A DNA stretch of 64,000 nucleotides from Octopus sinensis (taxonomy: Eukaryota), in NCBI RefSeq assembly GCF_006345805.1, contig NC_043008.1:33914001-33978000 (forward strand), in the 5' to 3' direction. Both the position numbers and the translations under genes were made by a program. Position 1 is the stretch's first letter; every line of letters starts with the position of its first letter. The notes under the pieces are model-generated. The model did not search any database. It was not told the origin of the DNA and saw only the letters and a program-made list of their open reading frames with translations. This document shows positions 1 to 13,030 of this stretch, in pieces.

Positions 1-785
1 CTTGACATTGAACTCTGCTTTTAATGTTCTAGCTCACTTTTTTGCTTGGAAGGAATGTGTATAGCGTGTGATCATCACATTGACTATGACAGATAAAGCT
101 GTCATGGTGACACCTCAGAAGCCTACGCAAAGTTGCAAAAAATGTATGGAGAACAGCGTATGAGCCGCATACAAATGTACAAATAGCTCAGATGTTTCCA
201 AGATGGCTGAAAAAATGTTAATATTAACGACCGTTCTGGGAGATACGTAACCAGCGGAACTGAGAAAAACATTGCAAATGTTCGTGCAGCTGTGAAGGGA
301 AATCATCAAATCACCATCCATGTGTTATTAGAGGATTTGCAGATTAGTTATGTTTCAGTTCAGTCCATTATCACTGAAGATTTGGGTATGAGACATGTGT
401 CTGCCAAATTTGTGCCAAAACTGCTCTCAGCTGACCAAAAAGACATTCGGGTTTCAGTTGCACAAGATTTCTTTGATGGTGTCGAGAATGATGAAAACTT
501 TATAAAAACTTTGTGTAGGCTGCTGAGCAGGTATTGCCAAGCTTTTGGCAAAATTGGATGCAGATTCTCTGCTCAAGTTTCTCTGACATGGTCAATACGA
601 TGATCACACACTACACACCTACCTTCCAAGTCCTATTGTAAAAAGCGGAAGTGAGCTAGAACATTAAATCTTAGTGCGCATGTGCAGCAGAGTTCATGGT
701 CAATCTGTGCCAAGCAGCTTCACTCTCCATACTCGAGCTTCGTTACTGTAGCAACAATCTGGATACATATTGATCAGACCACGTT
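1..785 (+). mobile_element. Non-autonomous mariner derivative with long inverted repeats (left end outside the window); retains only the N-terminal HTH-coding part
   Basis: ORF 292..603 has mariner-like ...LGMRHVSAKFVPKLLSADQK (WVPxxL motif region). Bases ~20-100 are the reverse complement of ~580-670. The right terminus ctggatacatattgatcagaccacg matches the reverse complement of the TIR at 2314. Confidence 0.75.
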
Positions 786-1189
786 TACATATATATACAT
801 ACATATACACATACATACATATGTATATATACATACGTGTGTGTGTGTTTGTGTTGTATGTGTGTGTGTGTGTGTGTATCAGTATAAAAACGTAGTACAT
901 TATACAATTCCTGTTCACAAATGAATGCAAGTAAAGTAAGCTAATCATCAGATCACCAGAATATCGAAGTAATACCAACAATTTAATGATTTGTGAATAT
1001 ACAATCGTATTGTATAATACACATCATGCATATGGATATAATCATGTGAACATAATTTATTGCACACTGAAATTATTACTGCATAAAAAATGTTTCAAAA
1101 CAGCTGTAATCCTATAGATGCCAAGTGGTTAAATAAATGTATTCGCCCCTTATACCTCTTAGCTTTTTAAGGTTTATACTGATACATAC

Positions 1190-1355
<166 letters not shown>

Positions 1356-1386
1356 GATGGATTCTCTTGTATGTGAATAGTAAATC

Positions 1387-1975
1387 TTAAACTGTTTGCA
1401 CAAAAGTACTACTTTTTGCTTTGAAATGCTGTTGGTTGAACAAACCACAACCAGTTCTGTGCTCAAACTTTACTCCTTCTTTAATACCCTTGAATGTTGT
1501 TTCCAATATGGTGGAGAAATAGAAAACAAATAAGAGTGGTGCAAGAACACAGCCACGTTTTGTCCCATTTGAAACTGTGAATGAATCAAATGGTTTCATG
1601 CTAGATCTGAGAGAAGCCATCATCCCTTGATGGAAAGAAATGATGACATTGAGCATCTTTTCTGAAACGCCCAGCTTTTTAAGGACAACCCAAAGAGCAT
1701 CTCTAGATATTGTGCCGAAATGAAAGCTTTAGTTAGATCTGCAAAAGTTGCAAAAAGGTTTCCGTTGTGCTCACAAGCCTTTTCCTGCTGCTGCCTTAGG
1801 CTAAAAATCATATCCACTGTGCCTCTACCAGCCTGAAATCTACACTGAGATTCAGGGGACACCATGCTGGCAAGGGCATTATTTAGTCTGTTTAAGATAA
1901 ACCCTTGAAAGGACCTTCCTGGCAACACACAAACGGGAGATACCTCTATGGTTGTCACATTCACATTTGTTGCCA
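1387..1975 (-). mobile_element. Degenerate RTE-clade (BovB/RTE-1-like) reverse transcriptase fragment
   Basis: ORFs 1620..2024 and 1387..1656: PESQCRFQAGRGTVDMIFSLRQQQEK...FADLTKAF and FTVSNGTKRGCVLAPLLF, typical RTE RT motifs; frameshifted. Confidence 0.85.
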
Positions 1976-2173
1976 TTGTCCTGTGGGACTGATCCTGGTT
2001 CTCAGATTGAGGAGAAGAGTTCACATAACTTGTTCAGTAGGAAACAAATATATGGAGACGGAAACACATCAACATCAATTGTTAAGCAGTGGTGATTGTG
2101 CCATGCAGTGAGACTGAACTCAGAACCATGTGGCTGGGAATCAAGCTTCTCATCGCACAGCCACTCCTGCGTC

Positions 2174-2211
<38 letters not shown>

Positions 2212-2313
2212 CCCCATCACGGTAGAGAGAGAGAAATAGAGTAGGTAATAAAGAGCTTATCATTAAGAAAAGCTGACAATAGTAATAGGAAGGTATATAT
2301 ATATATATATATA

Positions 2314-3155
2314 CGAGGTCTGATCAATAAGTATCCAGACTGCTGCAATAGTATCAAAGCCAGAGCATGATGAGGGAAACCACATGGTAAAGATCACCTC
2401 CGAATTCTGCTGGGCAAGTGCACAAAGCTCCAACGTTCTAGCTCACTTCTACTGTTTCCAGCACTGCTTGGAAGGAAGGTGTGTAGAGTGCAACCATTGC
2501 CTTGACTATGACAGAGAAAGTTGTCATGGCGATACCTGCTCTGAGGCTCATGCAAAGTTGCAGAAAGTTATGAAGAGGAGTGTATGAGCTGTGCACAAGT
2601 GTACAAGTAGTTCAGTCGTTTCCAAGATGGTAAAAAAAATGTCGATATTGATTACCATTCTGGGTGGCCTGCAACCAGCAGAACTGAGAAAAACATGGCA
2701 GATGTGCATGCAGCAGTGTGGGGAAATTGTTGAATCACCATCCATGAGTTATCAGTGGATGTGCAGATTAGTTACGGTTCGGTTCAGTCTATTATCACTG
2801 AAGTTTTGGTCATGAGACACGTGTCTGCCAAGTTTGTGCCAAAGCTGCTTTCAGCTGACCAGAAACACACTTGGTTCTCAGTTGCACAAAATCCTGATTG
2901 CATCGAGAATGATGAAAACTTTTTGAAAACTTTGCATAGGTCTCTGAGCAGGTATTACTAAGCTTTTGGCAAAATTTAATGCAGATTATCTGTTTAACTT
3001 TGTGGTTATTGTGATGACCACACACCAAACCCCTTCTTTCCAAACACTACTCTAAAAAAGGAGCCAGAATGTTAAAACTTAATATGCATGCACAACAGCG
3101 TTCTAGGTTAATCTGTGCCAAGTGGCCTCATTCTGTGTACCTCAGTTTGCTACTA
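2314..3155 (+). mobile_element. Second copy of the long-TIR mariner derivative
   Basis: TA followed by cgaggtctgatcaataagtatccagac. ORF 2755..2961 has MRHVSAKFVPKLLSADQK. Homologous to 1-785; the right end is cut by a SINE. Confidence 0.75.
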
Positions 3156-3507
3156 TGCTGGTGTGTTTACATCTCCGTAACTTAGTGGGTCAGCTAAAGA
3201 GACCAATAGAATGAATACCAGGCTAACAAAGAATTAGTTCTGGGATCGATTTGCTCAACTAAAGGTGGTGCTCCAGTATGGCTGCAGTCAAATGACTGAA
3301 ACAAGTAAAAGAATAAAAGGAAATGTATATATATCAATTTAAAATGAGGGTGAGAAATTGGATATTGATTTAATTAAACTAACATCAATTTAACACCAGT
3401 GGTCTAGCATATTAAAAATCTGAAGGTTCAGTAAACTGTATTATATACAAATGAAAGGGATGACCACTATGTGGACAACCGTTATGCTAGAAGTAGATCC
3501 GCTGTGG
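3155..3507 (+). repeat. ~350-bp direct duplication of 4620-4973 (SINE tail, short repeat and half of a MITE)
   Basis: Near-identical sequence by eye, including the junctions between different elements. Confidence 0.85.
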
Positions 3508-3680
3508 AAAAAAAAAAGACAGGGACAAGCAGTATAATATTATAATCTTCATTGTTAGAGCTTTAACACTGCTTTTCATACTTGTGACAATGTTAAATTG
3601 AACTGTTGTTTCTAGCAAAAGTCTTGTTCACACTTGTGCTTTAAATTCACTTCAGAAGCAAAACAATAAACATTGAGCTG
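3508..3680 (+). repeat. ~170-bp direct duplication of 6560-6728
   Basis: aaaaagacagg(g/a)acaagcag...aaacaataaacattgagc is present at both positions. Confidence 0.85.
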
Positions 3681-3681
3681 C

Positions 3682-4050
3682 CTGTGGGACTGATCCTGGT
3701 TCTCAGATTGAGGAGAAGAGTTCACATAACTTGTTCAGTAGGAAACAAATTTATGGAGACGGAAACACATCAACATCAATTGTCAAGCAGTGGTGGAGGA
3801 CAAACACAAACAGAAACATATGCACATACATGCACGTGCGCACACACACATAATACACACTCACAAACATGCACATGTATACAACAGGCTTCATTCAGTT
3901 ACTGTCAACCAAATCCACTCACAAGGCTTTGGTTACCCCAAAGGCTAAACTAGAAGACATTGGCCCATGGTGCCATGCAGTGAGACTGAACTCAGAACCA
4001 TGTGGCTGGGAAGCAAGCTTCTTACTGCACAACCATGCCTGCACCTGCAA
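3682..4050 (-). mobile_element. tRNA-head SINE (family A) with flank; 1980-2170 is a deleted duplicate of this segment
   Basis: ctgtgggactgatcctggttctcagattgaggagaagag... is at both 1980 and 3682. The SINE head cagtgagactgaactcagaaccatgtggctggg is in both. Confidence 0.7.
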
Positions 4051-4164
4051 GCCATGCCTCTCTCCCTCCTCTCTTTCTCTCTCTCTCTATATATATATGT
4101 GTGTGTGTGTGTGTATGTGTGTGCATGTGTGTATGTATATATGTATACACAAGTGCTTTTTTTA

Positions 4165-4350
4165 GGCTTTTACTTGTTTCAGTCATTTGACTGTAGCCAT
4201 GCTAGAGCCCTGCCTTTAGTCAAACAAATTGATCCCTGGACTTATTCTCTGTAAGCCTAGTACTTATTCTCTCTGTCTCTTTTGTTAAACCTCTATGTTA
4301 CAGGGATGTAAGTAAACCAACATTGGTTGTCAAAGGATGGTGTGGGGACA
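4165..4350 (-). mobile_element. SINE family A, 3' half
   Basis: ttttacttgtttcagtcatttgactgtagccatgctagagc... is shared with many other copies. Confidence 0.7.
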
Positions 4351-4506
4351 AGTTACTAGCTAGTTTCTAACAAAGCAACAAGATTTTTTGTGTTGAAGGA
4401 GTTCCCGGTGGGAATGGGGTTGAGTTGGTGTGTTGGTTGACCTGTCAATGCATACACCCAAGTGTGTGCATCTATTCACTTAAAGAATTTCACATGAATC
4501 TATCTA

Positions 4507-4557
<51 letters not shown>

Positions 4558-4912
4558 GTGTGTGTGTGTGTGTGCATGTTTGTGTATCTGTGTTTGTCCC
4601 TCCAACATCGCTTGACAACTGATGCTGGTGTGTTTACATCCCCGTAACTTAGTGGGTCAGCTAAAGAGACCGATAGAATGAATACCAGGCTAACAAAGAA
4701 TTAGTCCTGGGATCGATTTGCTCAACTAAAGGTGGTGCTCCAGTATGGCTGCAGTCAAATGACTGAAACAAGTAAAAGAATAAAAGGAAATGTATATATA
4801 TCAATTTAGAATGAGGGTGAGAAATTGGATATTGATTTAATTAAACTAACATCAATTTAACACCAGTGGTCTAGCATATTAAAAATCTGAAGGTTCAGTA
4901 AACTGTATTATA

Positions 4913-5179
4913 TACAAATGAGAGGGATGACCACTATGTGGACAACCCTTATGCTAGAAGTAGATCCGCTGTGGTCTTACCACTAAGAAACGTTCTCAAG
5001 AAAAATTTAGCAAACACCAGAATGTAAGCGAGCAACACAAATGTAAAGTAACAAAATATAGATAATTTATATTTTGTTACTTTTCATTTTTCTTGGGAAC
5101 ATTTCTTAGTGGTAAGATCACAGCAGATCTATTTCTAGCATAAGGGTTGTCCACATAGTGATCATCTCTCTCATTTGTG
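4913..5179. mobile_element. MITE-like hairpin with ~100-bp inverted arms
   Basis: acaaatgagagggatgaccactatgtggacaacccttatgctagaag...ttctcaagaaaaat versus atttttcttgggaac...ctagcataagggttgtccacatagtgatcatctctctcatttgt. Confidence 0.75.
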
Positions 5180-5258
<79 letters not shown>

Positions 5259-5356
5259 GTCTATGTATGTATATATGTGTGTTTACATATATATGTATAT
5301 ATACATTTAGTAAAAGGTGAAAGATTTATCCGCTTGACATTTTTTTTAATGCCCAG

Positions 5357-5464
5357 ATATTGTTAAGGAACCAACTATTCCATATATTCCATATGGCAGT
5401 ACCTCTAACATAATTACTACAACAGATGATCAAACAGGTTCAGAGGAAAATACATCAGTTCTTG
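5357..5464 (+). CDS. Internal exon A (phase 1-1) of a single-pass membrane protein; Ser/Thr-rich stalk
   Basis: Acceptor ttttttaatgcccag, donor G|gtatgt. 108 bp open: [36 protein letters not shown], with an NTS sequon. In frame with exon B. Confidence 0.7.
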
Positions 5465-5774
5465 GTATGTATTTCTTTGATTTAAAGTGTATATGGAATG
5501 CTTGTTCCCCCTTCTATAAACCTCTTCATCCAACTATCTACATTGTTCATATTCATCCAACTGTCCATACACAGGATAGGACTTGTTTAGCTCAATTTTC
5601 TTCTATCATTTTCACTGATCCCTCTGTAAATTGTGTCATCTCTGTCACAACCTGTAGCCTTCTCAGCCTGCAGCCCCACTTTGTCAAGAACTTAGTAACA
5701 GTACACTATTTCTCCTTGAAACCTATTATTTGTTTACAATGAAGAAAAATAATCCTTTCTATTATAGAAACAAT

Positions 5775-5940
5775 GCCTGAAATTTTGGGGGAGGGGCTAG
5801 TCAGTTAGATTAATCCCACTGCACAGCTGGTACTCATTTCATTGACCAAAAAAGACAAAGTCAACTCATGCAGCATTTAAACTCAGGACATAAGATGGAC
5901 AAAATGCTGCTGAGTATTTTGTCCATCCAGCTAACAATCC
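5775..5940 (-). mobile_element. SINE family B (Nin/Deu-domain-like), degenerate
   Basis: Similar to the reverse complement of the copies at 19915, 30303 and 53445. Confidence 0.6.
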
Positions 5941-6727
5941 TTCCATTTGTTGCCTTAATGAAGAGGAATAATACAAGGAAGAAGCATTACTATGGAAGCG
6001 TTATTGTACCAACATATACAATTTGAATGACCTATGTCAGTTACTTAAAAAGTTACACCTACTTTTGCTTTATTTTATTTGCAGTCCTCATAACAAGTTG
6101 TATACACTATTCTTAAATCCTTTTGAAATGTATTTCCCAAATGAACTTTTCTTTGATTTAATTTTTACATTGATGGATTGGTCTTTATAACCAGATTTAT
6201 ATAATTATATACCGTCTTGAATCACACTACATTTGGTTCATCCAAACTGAACTTTTGCTAGTTTAAAAATTTACTCACAAAACCTTTTCTGTAAATTAGT
6301 TCTACCCATTTAAAATCTGGAGAGTTATGAGAAACCAATCATCTCTCATATTCTACCATCATGCTTGCTACCCAGATAGATAAAGATCCACAAGATAGGA
6401 CTCGTTTAGCTCAATCTTTTTCTGATATATTTTCCTTATTTTTTCACTGATCCTACTATTCCTGTTTCTTTGTTTCCCTTTCTCCCCTTCTTCTCTTTTG
6501 GTACGTTTATTTCTACATTTGTGTTATAACTTCCCTTGATGACCAAAGTGTAACACACAGAAAAAAAAAAGACAGGAACAAGCAGAATAATATAATCTTC
6601 CTTGTTAGAGCTTTAACACTGCTTTTCAGACTTGTGACAATGTTAAATTGAACTGTTGTTTCTAGCAAAAGTATCGTTCACACTTGTGCTTTAAATTCAC
6701 TTCAGAAGCAAAACAATAAACATTGAG

Positions 6728-7034
6728 CAGTGATTTCAAACCAAACAAAACTGCCTTATTTGTCATATATCGCCAGGGAATTTTCTTCAGCGAGGAATTT
6801 CCAAACATTTTGTGCCACTAATACTTTTTAGCTAGGAATTCGCCTCCTGTAGACCTCAAGCTTTTTTTACGCTTGTGGTATACTTACATTCTTTTCAAAA
6901 TTCGGTGGCACACCTGAACTAGAACTAGAACTAAAATTATAAGGAAAATGATTATATTCAGGTTACACTGCGGCACACCTAGCATCATCTTGTGGCACAC
7001 TAGCATGCAGCAGCATACCACTTGCAGAGCACTG
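6728..7034. mobile_element. Possible hAT-type MITE remnant
   Basis: Starts CAGTG(atttcaaac) and ends CACTG; internal gcggcacacc/gtggcacact repeats; no TSD seen. Confidence 0.35.
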
Positions 7035-7789
7035 CAGTAGGTTTCATTGCTGAATATTATCTTTTCTTCCAAAATGTCTTTTAAATAATCACAATAACTG
7101 TGAGTTTCTTTTTTTTCTGTGAATTTATCAGACTTTAAACTTTTCCCTGCACTGCTTTTTGTTTCATTTTTTAAAAATATTTTTTTTTCAAATTACGTTT
7201 TTGTTTCTTGTCCATCATTTCAGCAGAGAGACTCATGAATGAAGGGATTTACATTTTCATCTTACATCTCTGTACCTCTCTGTAGGGGGAAGCTGGTATA
7301 GACGGGGTTATGTTTCTTTTTGTTCTTGTTATGAATCTCTATTCGCAGTTTTGCAGCCATCGAGTTTTCGACTCAAGTGTTTTATTTGATTTGGCTTCTT
7401 GTATCTCTATGTCATAGTAGTTTTTCAAGTAATTTTCCATTTCTTTGTTCAGAGATTTCTTTTTGCATTAAGGTGTCACATATCCCAAGTTTCTCTTTAA
7501 AGCAACGGGTGCGATGCTGTAGAATGTTAATGTATGCTTTGAATCTTTGGTGTGCAAGATTTATTCTGGCTTTTGTTTCTTCATTTGGTTCTGATGTAAT
7601 TTTCTTGGGACGAAATTTTCGTGGAAAAATCACTGGTTCTTGGTTTATCTATTGTGTATGTGTCTGTTAAATTTTCGTTTCTAATTGCTTTCCCGTATGC
7701 TTCTTTTCTTTGATTTAATAAATTATTCCAGCTCTTTTTCATCTGGTTCTTTTTCTTGAATGCTTCACTCTCCAAATGAATTTCATACT

Positions 7790-8170
7790 ATTCCTTAAAG
7801 ATATCTTGTGTATTGGAATGTTCTCTTGTTCGTAGGGTAACAGAGGAGGTTATATTTGGAGTTCTGATAGTGTGTTTGTATATAATGTTTAAGGAAGCAA
7901 TGGAATGATATTTTGTTGCCAAATCAGTAGTTTCGTTCTTGGCCACAATATTCATCCATGCTAATGCAAGCCAATTTGATATGTTAATCTGACCTTCTAT
8001 AGACTTTTGAATATACATATAAATGGCTTTCTGTAAAATGTCAGCCACTTGTACCAATATCCAATTATTAGATCTCTTCCAGGTACCTTCCCATTATACA
8101 GTTTGCCTACAGCTATAGCGAAAGTTTCCAGGTCAATTGCATACATTCTGTTGTTGATGTTGGTACAGAA
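7790..8170 (-). mobile_element. Highly degenerate R4/Dong-like RT fragment
   Basis: Manual translation gives GKVPGRDLIIGYWYKWL and TKYHSIASLNIIYK, paralleling KAPGHDKIPNFWLKYL and NYRPITCLPT in the 42-50 kb elements. Confidence 0.4.
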
Positions 8171-8589
8171 TTCTCTCCTAATTGTAGTTAGTTAGTTAAT
8201 GCTTTAGAGTAATTAGCCATTCCTCTAGAGCTTAATGTGATGAGTCACCACAGTACTGGTTTCCCTTCTATTTAACCTATCCCATCATCCATCTTCTCTC
8301 TCTCCCCCCTCTCTCTTGCTCTAACTCTCTCTCTCCAACTCTCTCCTTCTCTCTCTCCTGCTATGACTAACCAGTGACACTAATCTTTCCCTTCCACCTC
8401 CTCATGTCCCTTCCATTACACCAATCCAATATTGTTTCCTCTTGACTATCACTGTCTCACAACGATAAAAGTGTTCTTTCCACCCTATTTTAACTATTCC
8501 CTCAACACCTCACCTAGAGTCATCCTTTTTCCTCTTATTCTCCCTTTCAGCCAGCGCATGGTTGAGATGACACAAAAGCATGACAACCT

Positions 8590-8785
8590 CTCTAGTGTCG
8601 ATGTCAGAAAACCTGCATCCAGTACACTTTGTAAAGTGGTTGGAATTAGGAAGATTATCCAGCTGTAAGAACCATGCTGAACCTGAGATATCTGAGCAAG
8701 ACATCATCCTTTAATCTCTTGGATTCTGTCAAACCATCCAGGCCATATCAACATGGAAAACTGACATAAGATGTTGATGATGGCA
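8590..8785 (+). mobile_element. RTE 3'-end-like short repeat
   Basis: gcatccag...gtcaaaccatcc...catggaaaactgac...gatgatg, similar to the tails at 54700-54880 and 63150-63240. Confidence 0.5.
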
Positions 8786-8860
8786 TATATATATGTATAT
8801 ATATATATGCATGTATGTGTATGTGCATGTAATTTATACACCCCCACACACATACACACA

Positions 8861-8898
<38 letters not shown>

Positions 8899-9075
8899 AA
8901 TCCAAGAAAGTTAGGGGTTGTGAATCCATCCCACTAAGGGATAATATCTATCAAATATACTGTTGGTAGAATACCCAATTATTAATACACAAGTGTTTTT
9001 TATTGCAATGCAATAACATTACCTAGTGTATTAAATGGGTGAAGGTAAAGAGATATTTTACCATTAATTTATATT

Positions 9076-9616
9076 GCAAATAAGAAAAGGGAGGAGAACA
9101 ACTTTAGGACATTAAAAATGTTAACTTATTTATTTATTAAACTGATAATTATAATAACATATATACATATAGTATATTATTCTATGCATATAATATAAAG
9201 ATACAAGTAATGATTAAAAACCATGAATATAAATTAGTAAATAACTTACAGCTGTTTCAGCCCATAGATAAAAGTATCTCATTCTGCCTATATTAGTCAA
9301 GTGTATTCAGGTAATAGGCAGCTGAAAATGAGGTAGCCTAGAGATATATATATGTAAGTACCTCATTTTCATCTGCCCATTACCTCAATACACTTGACTA
9401 ATATAGGCAGAATGAGATACTTTTATCTATGGGCTGAAACAGCTGTAACTTATTTTACTAATTTATATTCATGTTTTTAAATAATTACTTGTATCCTTAT
9501 TTTATATGCATAGAATATGTGTATGTATGTTGTTATAATTAATAAATAAATAAGTTAACATTTTTAATGTCCTAAATTTGATGAACAACTATTGTTCTCC
9601 TCCATTTTCTTATTTG

Positions 9617-9617
<1 letters not shown>
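9076..9617. repeat. Foldback with ~265-bp inverted arms, related to the Penelope-like repeat at 21.9-22.3 kb
   Basis: ttacagctgtttcagcccatagataaaagtatctcattctgcctatattagtcaagtgtatt is mirrored by aatacacttgactaatataggcagaatgagatacttttatctatgggctgaaacagctgtaa; centre near 9345. Confidence 0.85.
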
Positions 9618-9656
<39 letters not shown>

Positions 9657-10460
9657 GTACATACCTACCTACATATGTACATATAAACATTCAGACATAC
9701 AAACAAACAAATAGCATACACAACAGAATTCATCGCAATTTTTGTCTACCATTCACAAGATATTGGTCAACACAAAACTATTGGAAAAGTAATTTATTCA
9801 CCAACCCAAGATTTTGCAGAGGGGGATTGAACCTGGAATCACATGGATTTGAAGCAATCTTTTTAACAAACAGTAATGTCTTGTGAAATAACAGCTGTCC
9901 TTATTGTAACTGTTTTAGATTGATTAGATGGTAGTTGTTTTTTTTCCTGGTTAACTCCATGCTTTTGCAGTGTTTCTTACCTTCTTAAGATGATACAGTG
10001 TGATTCGAGGAACGTTTGGTTGCAATTACATGCTGATTCCTTGATTTGTCTCTTTTACTCTCTGGTAATTAGTTGCTAGGATCCTACAGTGTGGATTGGT
10101 GGTAAATTCAGTTACTTTCATACTGGATGGAGGTGTGGATTCAGTGTCTACTGTTCAGAAAGACAGAATACCTCAGACTCCCGAATCAGTCCAGATGATG
10201 TGTGAGGAGTGAGAAAGCAGCAAATTGGGTTGATGTTCATCAGAACAATGACTTCAGAGAAAGAATATTTGAGATGGCTCTCCTCCTAAATACAGTATGA
10301 AAGGTGATTAAAATGATTCATGGTGTTTGAATGAATTCAAATAATATTAAAGGTAACAGAAAAGCTACAAATTGTTGTAATGTTTGACCATTAAAGAAGC
10401 AAAAATCAAACAAGCAAATTCTCTTTTTTAATGCTTTCCATTTTTCTCTTAACATTTCAG

Positions 10461-10527
10461 TAATTCTTTGCGGTGTTCTTATACCAACAATAGTCCTGCT
10501 TTGTATGTTATGCATCATAGTTACCAG
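10461..10527 (+). CDS. Exon B (phase 1-2): transmembrane helix
   Basis: Acceptor tttttctcttaacatttcag, donor AG|gtatgt. 67 bp encoding (V)ILCGVLIPTIVLLCMLCIIVT(R). Confidence 0.8.
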
Positions 10528-10559
10528 GTATGTAATATAAGACTACATCTTACTTGTAG

Positions 10560-11880
10560 AACACTAGACAGAAGGACTGGTTAAATTGCTTTGGGTCTTA
10601 TTTGGTCTGGACCTCCTGTTGGACAAGAACTTGGAGTGGGTGACAAACTTGGTAGCCAGTCTCCCCCAGAAATAAGCAGAGAGAAAGCTGTCATCACTAC
10701 TGTCATTTACTACTATCTGACTGTTGTCCCTTGCCCTGTTTTCTGGTTGATCAGCTGGATCACTTGCTCTTCCCACTTCCTGTGGAAGGGACATGTCCCA
10801 CTCCTCAGTCGGTCCATCGGCTGTCAACAGGTGCTGAGTGGGGGACTGGGAATGCCATGGCTAATGATATGCAGACATGTACTGAGTCTGCAACACCTCT
10901 AGCACTACCTTGATGGTGAGCAGGTGTGCCCACCATTTATCAGTCAGGATTTTCTGCAGCTTGTCTCATTGATGGAGCTACAGTCCTGAATTAAGCATAG
11001 ATCAAGAAAGGGCACTTTGCATCTGGAGTGTAAACAGGGTCTCACAGCCCTCTGCTAGTCAGGCAATGTAGTCAGTGGAAATTCTACATTGGAATTCTAT
11101 AGAAGATTAGTGGTGGGCAAGAGCAACGATGCCTTCAGAGGAATTCTAGGAAGGATCAATTATCTGGTCTTTTATTGAGCAATTTCAGGCTGGAGTCTAT
11201 CTATTATTTCCAGAAATCCTTGGCCTGATAGTGTTACCAGGGAGCTCTGCCAGTTCAAGACAAGCTTTACAAGCTTGGAAGTGCCATCAGACAGACATGT
11301 CCTAGATGTGGATAGGGCAATGAAACTTCTCTGCATGCACTCATTTCAAATTTGTGGAGCATTGTCAAACAGCTGTTGATGCATGTAGGACAAATCTGGT
11401 TATCAGACGACTCCATCATGAGGATCACCCAGCCACCTTCTTTTGGCCATGAAGGGAAGGCAGTTTTCCTCTGTCTGATAGCTATGGCGAAAGAGGAAGT
11501 GTGGTGGGCATGGTTGAAAGGATTGAAGACAGGTACTTTCTCTTCAGCTGAGTCCTCATTGACTTTCTCAAGTTCCACTTGAAAAGGAAAATGAGGGTGG
11601 TGAGGAAAGTGCTGCCTCCTAGTATTGATGTTGAAAGGTGGGTGAATGTAGTGAGGATGATCCATGTGAATGGGCCTACTCTGAACATACACTTGTAAGC
11701 CAGGAGGGTTGAGAAGATGAGAGGTGCTTGCTTGAGGTGCCTTTGGAAGTCAGGGTGAGGAAGATGTGTGGAGTTCCTTGGTTGTCCTTAGGATGAACTC
11801 CCATTATGTGGAGAATTTTATTGTTTATTTGTTGTTGGTATTTGTTATTGTTTAATTGTATGTACAAATTGTTGTGCTAA
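10560..11880 (-). mobile_element. Decayed Penelope-like RT remnant (tentative)
   Basis: Scattered minus-strand peptides such as CPFLDLCL and HHQGSARGV resemble Penelope RT motifs; many stops and frameshifts. Confidence 0.3.
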
Positions 11881-11947
11881 ACTACCCTTGCATTGCACCA
11901 TCCCTGTATGTTTTGTGTTCAGATCTTGTGGCCAATAAAAAGAAGAT

Positions 11948-12480
11948 CATTAATATCATTATTATTATCATTATTATCCGATGAAAACACACAGATTATT
12001 TTGCTGGGTATGATGGAAAGTGTCAGCTGTCCACAGCCAGCAGACTAAGGTGACACTTGTTTGCTGGTCATGCTTCAAGAACATTGCAAAGAATTCTTGC
12101 AGTTTCAAGCAATGATGATTTTTTTAGGTTCTTCTACTTTTACATTTGTACCAATCCTTTTGATCTGAGTTGGTAGTTGAGTGCTGATACTTCCAAGTAC
12201 CCCAGTTACTATTGGTACCACATCTACTCTCCTCAATGACCACAACCTTAGTATTTTCCACTTCAAATTGTCGTAGTCGTTCAGTTTCTCTTCTTTCTCT
12301 TTGATCCTGTTGTCACCGGGTCATGCTATGTTGATTATCATGCATGGTCTTCCTTTTTTTTTTCCACCACAACAATGTTCAGTTTCCAATGTCTGGTCAG
12401 GTGATTGCACTGAATCATTGCATCCCACAAGATTTTGCACTTTTCATCTTGGTGATTCCTTCAAGGGTTTGCTCATACCA
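11948..12480 (-). mobile_element. Old R4/Dong-like 3' fragment (REL endonuclease region) ending in (TAA)n
   Basis: Manual translation KILWDAMIQ..., PGDNRIKEKEEKLNDYDNLKWKILRLW, ...LLETARILCNVLEA; imperfect (TAA)n tail at 11948-11977. Confidence 0.65.
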
Positions 12481-13030
12481 CATCTTTTTTTATAGGCTGT
12501 GATAAGGTGTTAAGTTAGCAGAAGTGTTACCATGTCAGACGAAATACTAAGCAGTATTTCTTCTGGTTTTATGTTCTGCGTTCAAATACCATCAAGGCTA
12601 ACTTCACCCTTCATCCTTTCATCCAGCTGAGTATTGGAGTCACTGCAACTGACTAACCCTCTCCTCCCAAATTTCAGACCATGAGCCTATAAAAAAGATT
12701 ATTACTATTATTATTAGGATGAATCAAACTGACAGTTGTTGTCATGTTAAATACAATATTTAGCAGCATTTCTTCTGGATCTTTACATGCTAAGTTCAAA
12801 TACCACTGAAGTTAAATTAGTGCTTCATTCTTCTGGGGTTAATATATGTACCAATTGACTCACAACCAGCCCCAAATTACTGGCCTTGTTCCTAATTTTG
12901 AAACCATCATTATCATTATAAAAAAAAATTAGTAAGAAGTATTATTAGTTCTTTTTTTGTGATTATTAACAAAATTTAATTCTAAAGTCTACTTAATGTT
13001 GTCTGATTAAATATGCTAACATTTTCTTAG

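Noticed and set aside
6084-6200. Strong-looking acceptor ttttatttgcag between exons A and B
   Set aside because: The required phase-1 frame stops after 10 codons and no donor follows
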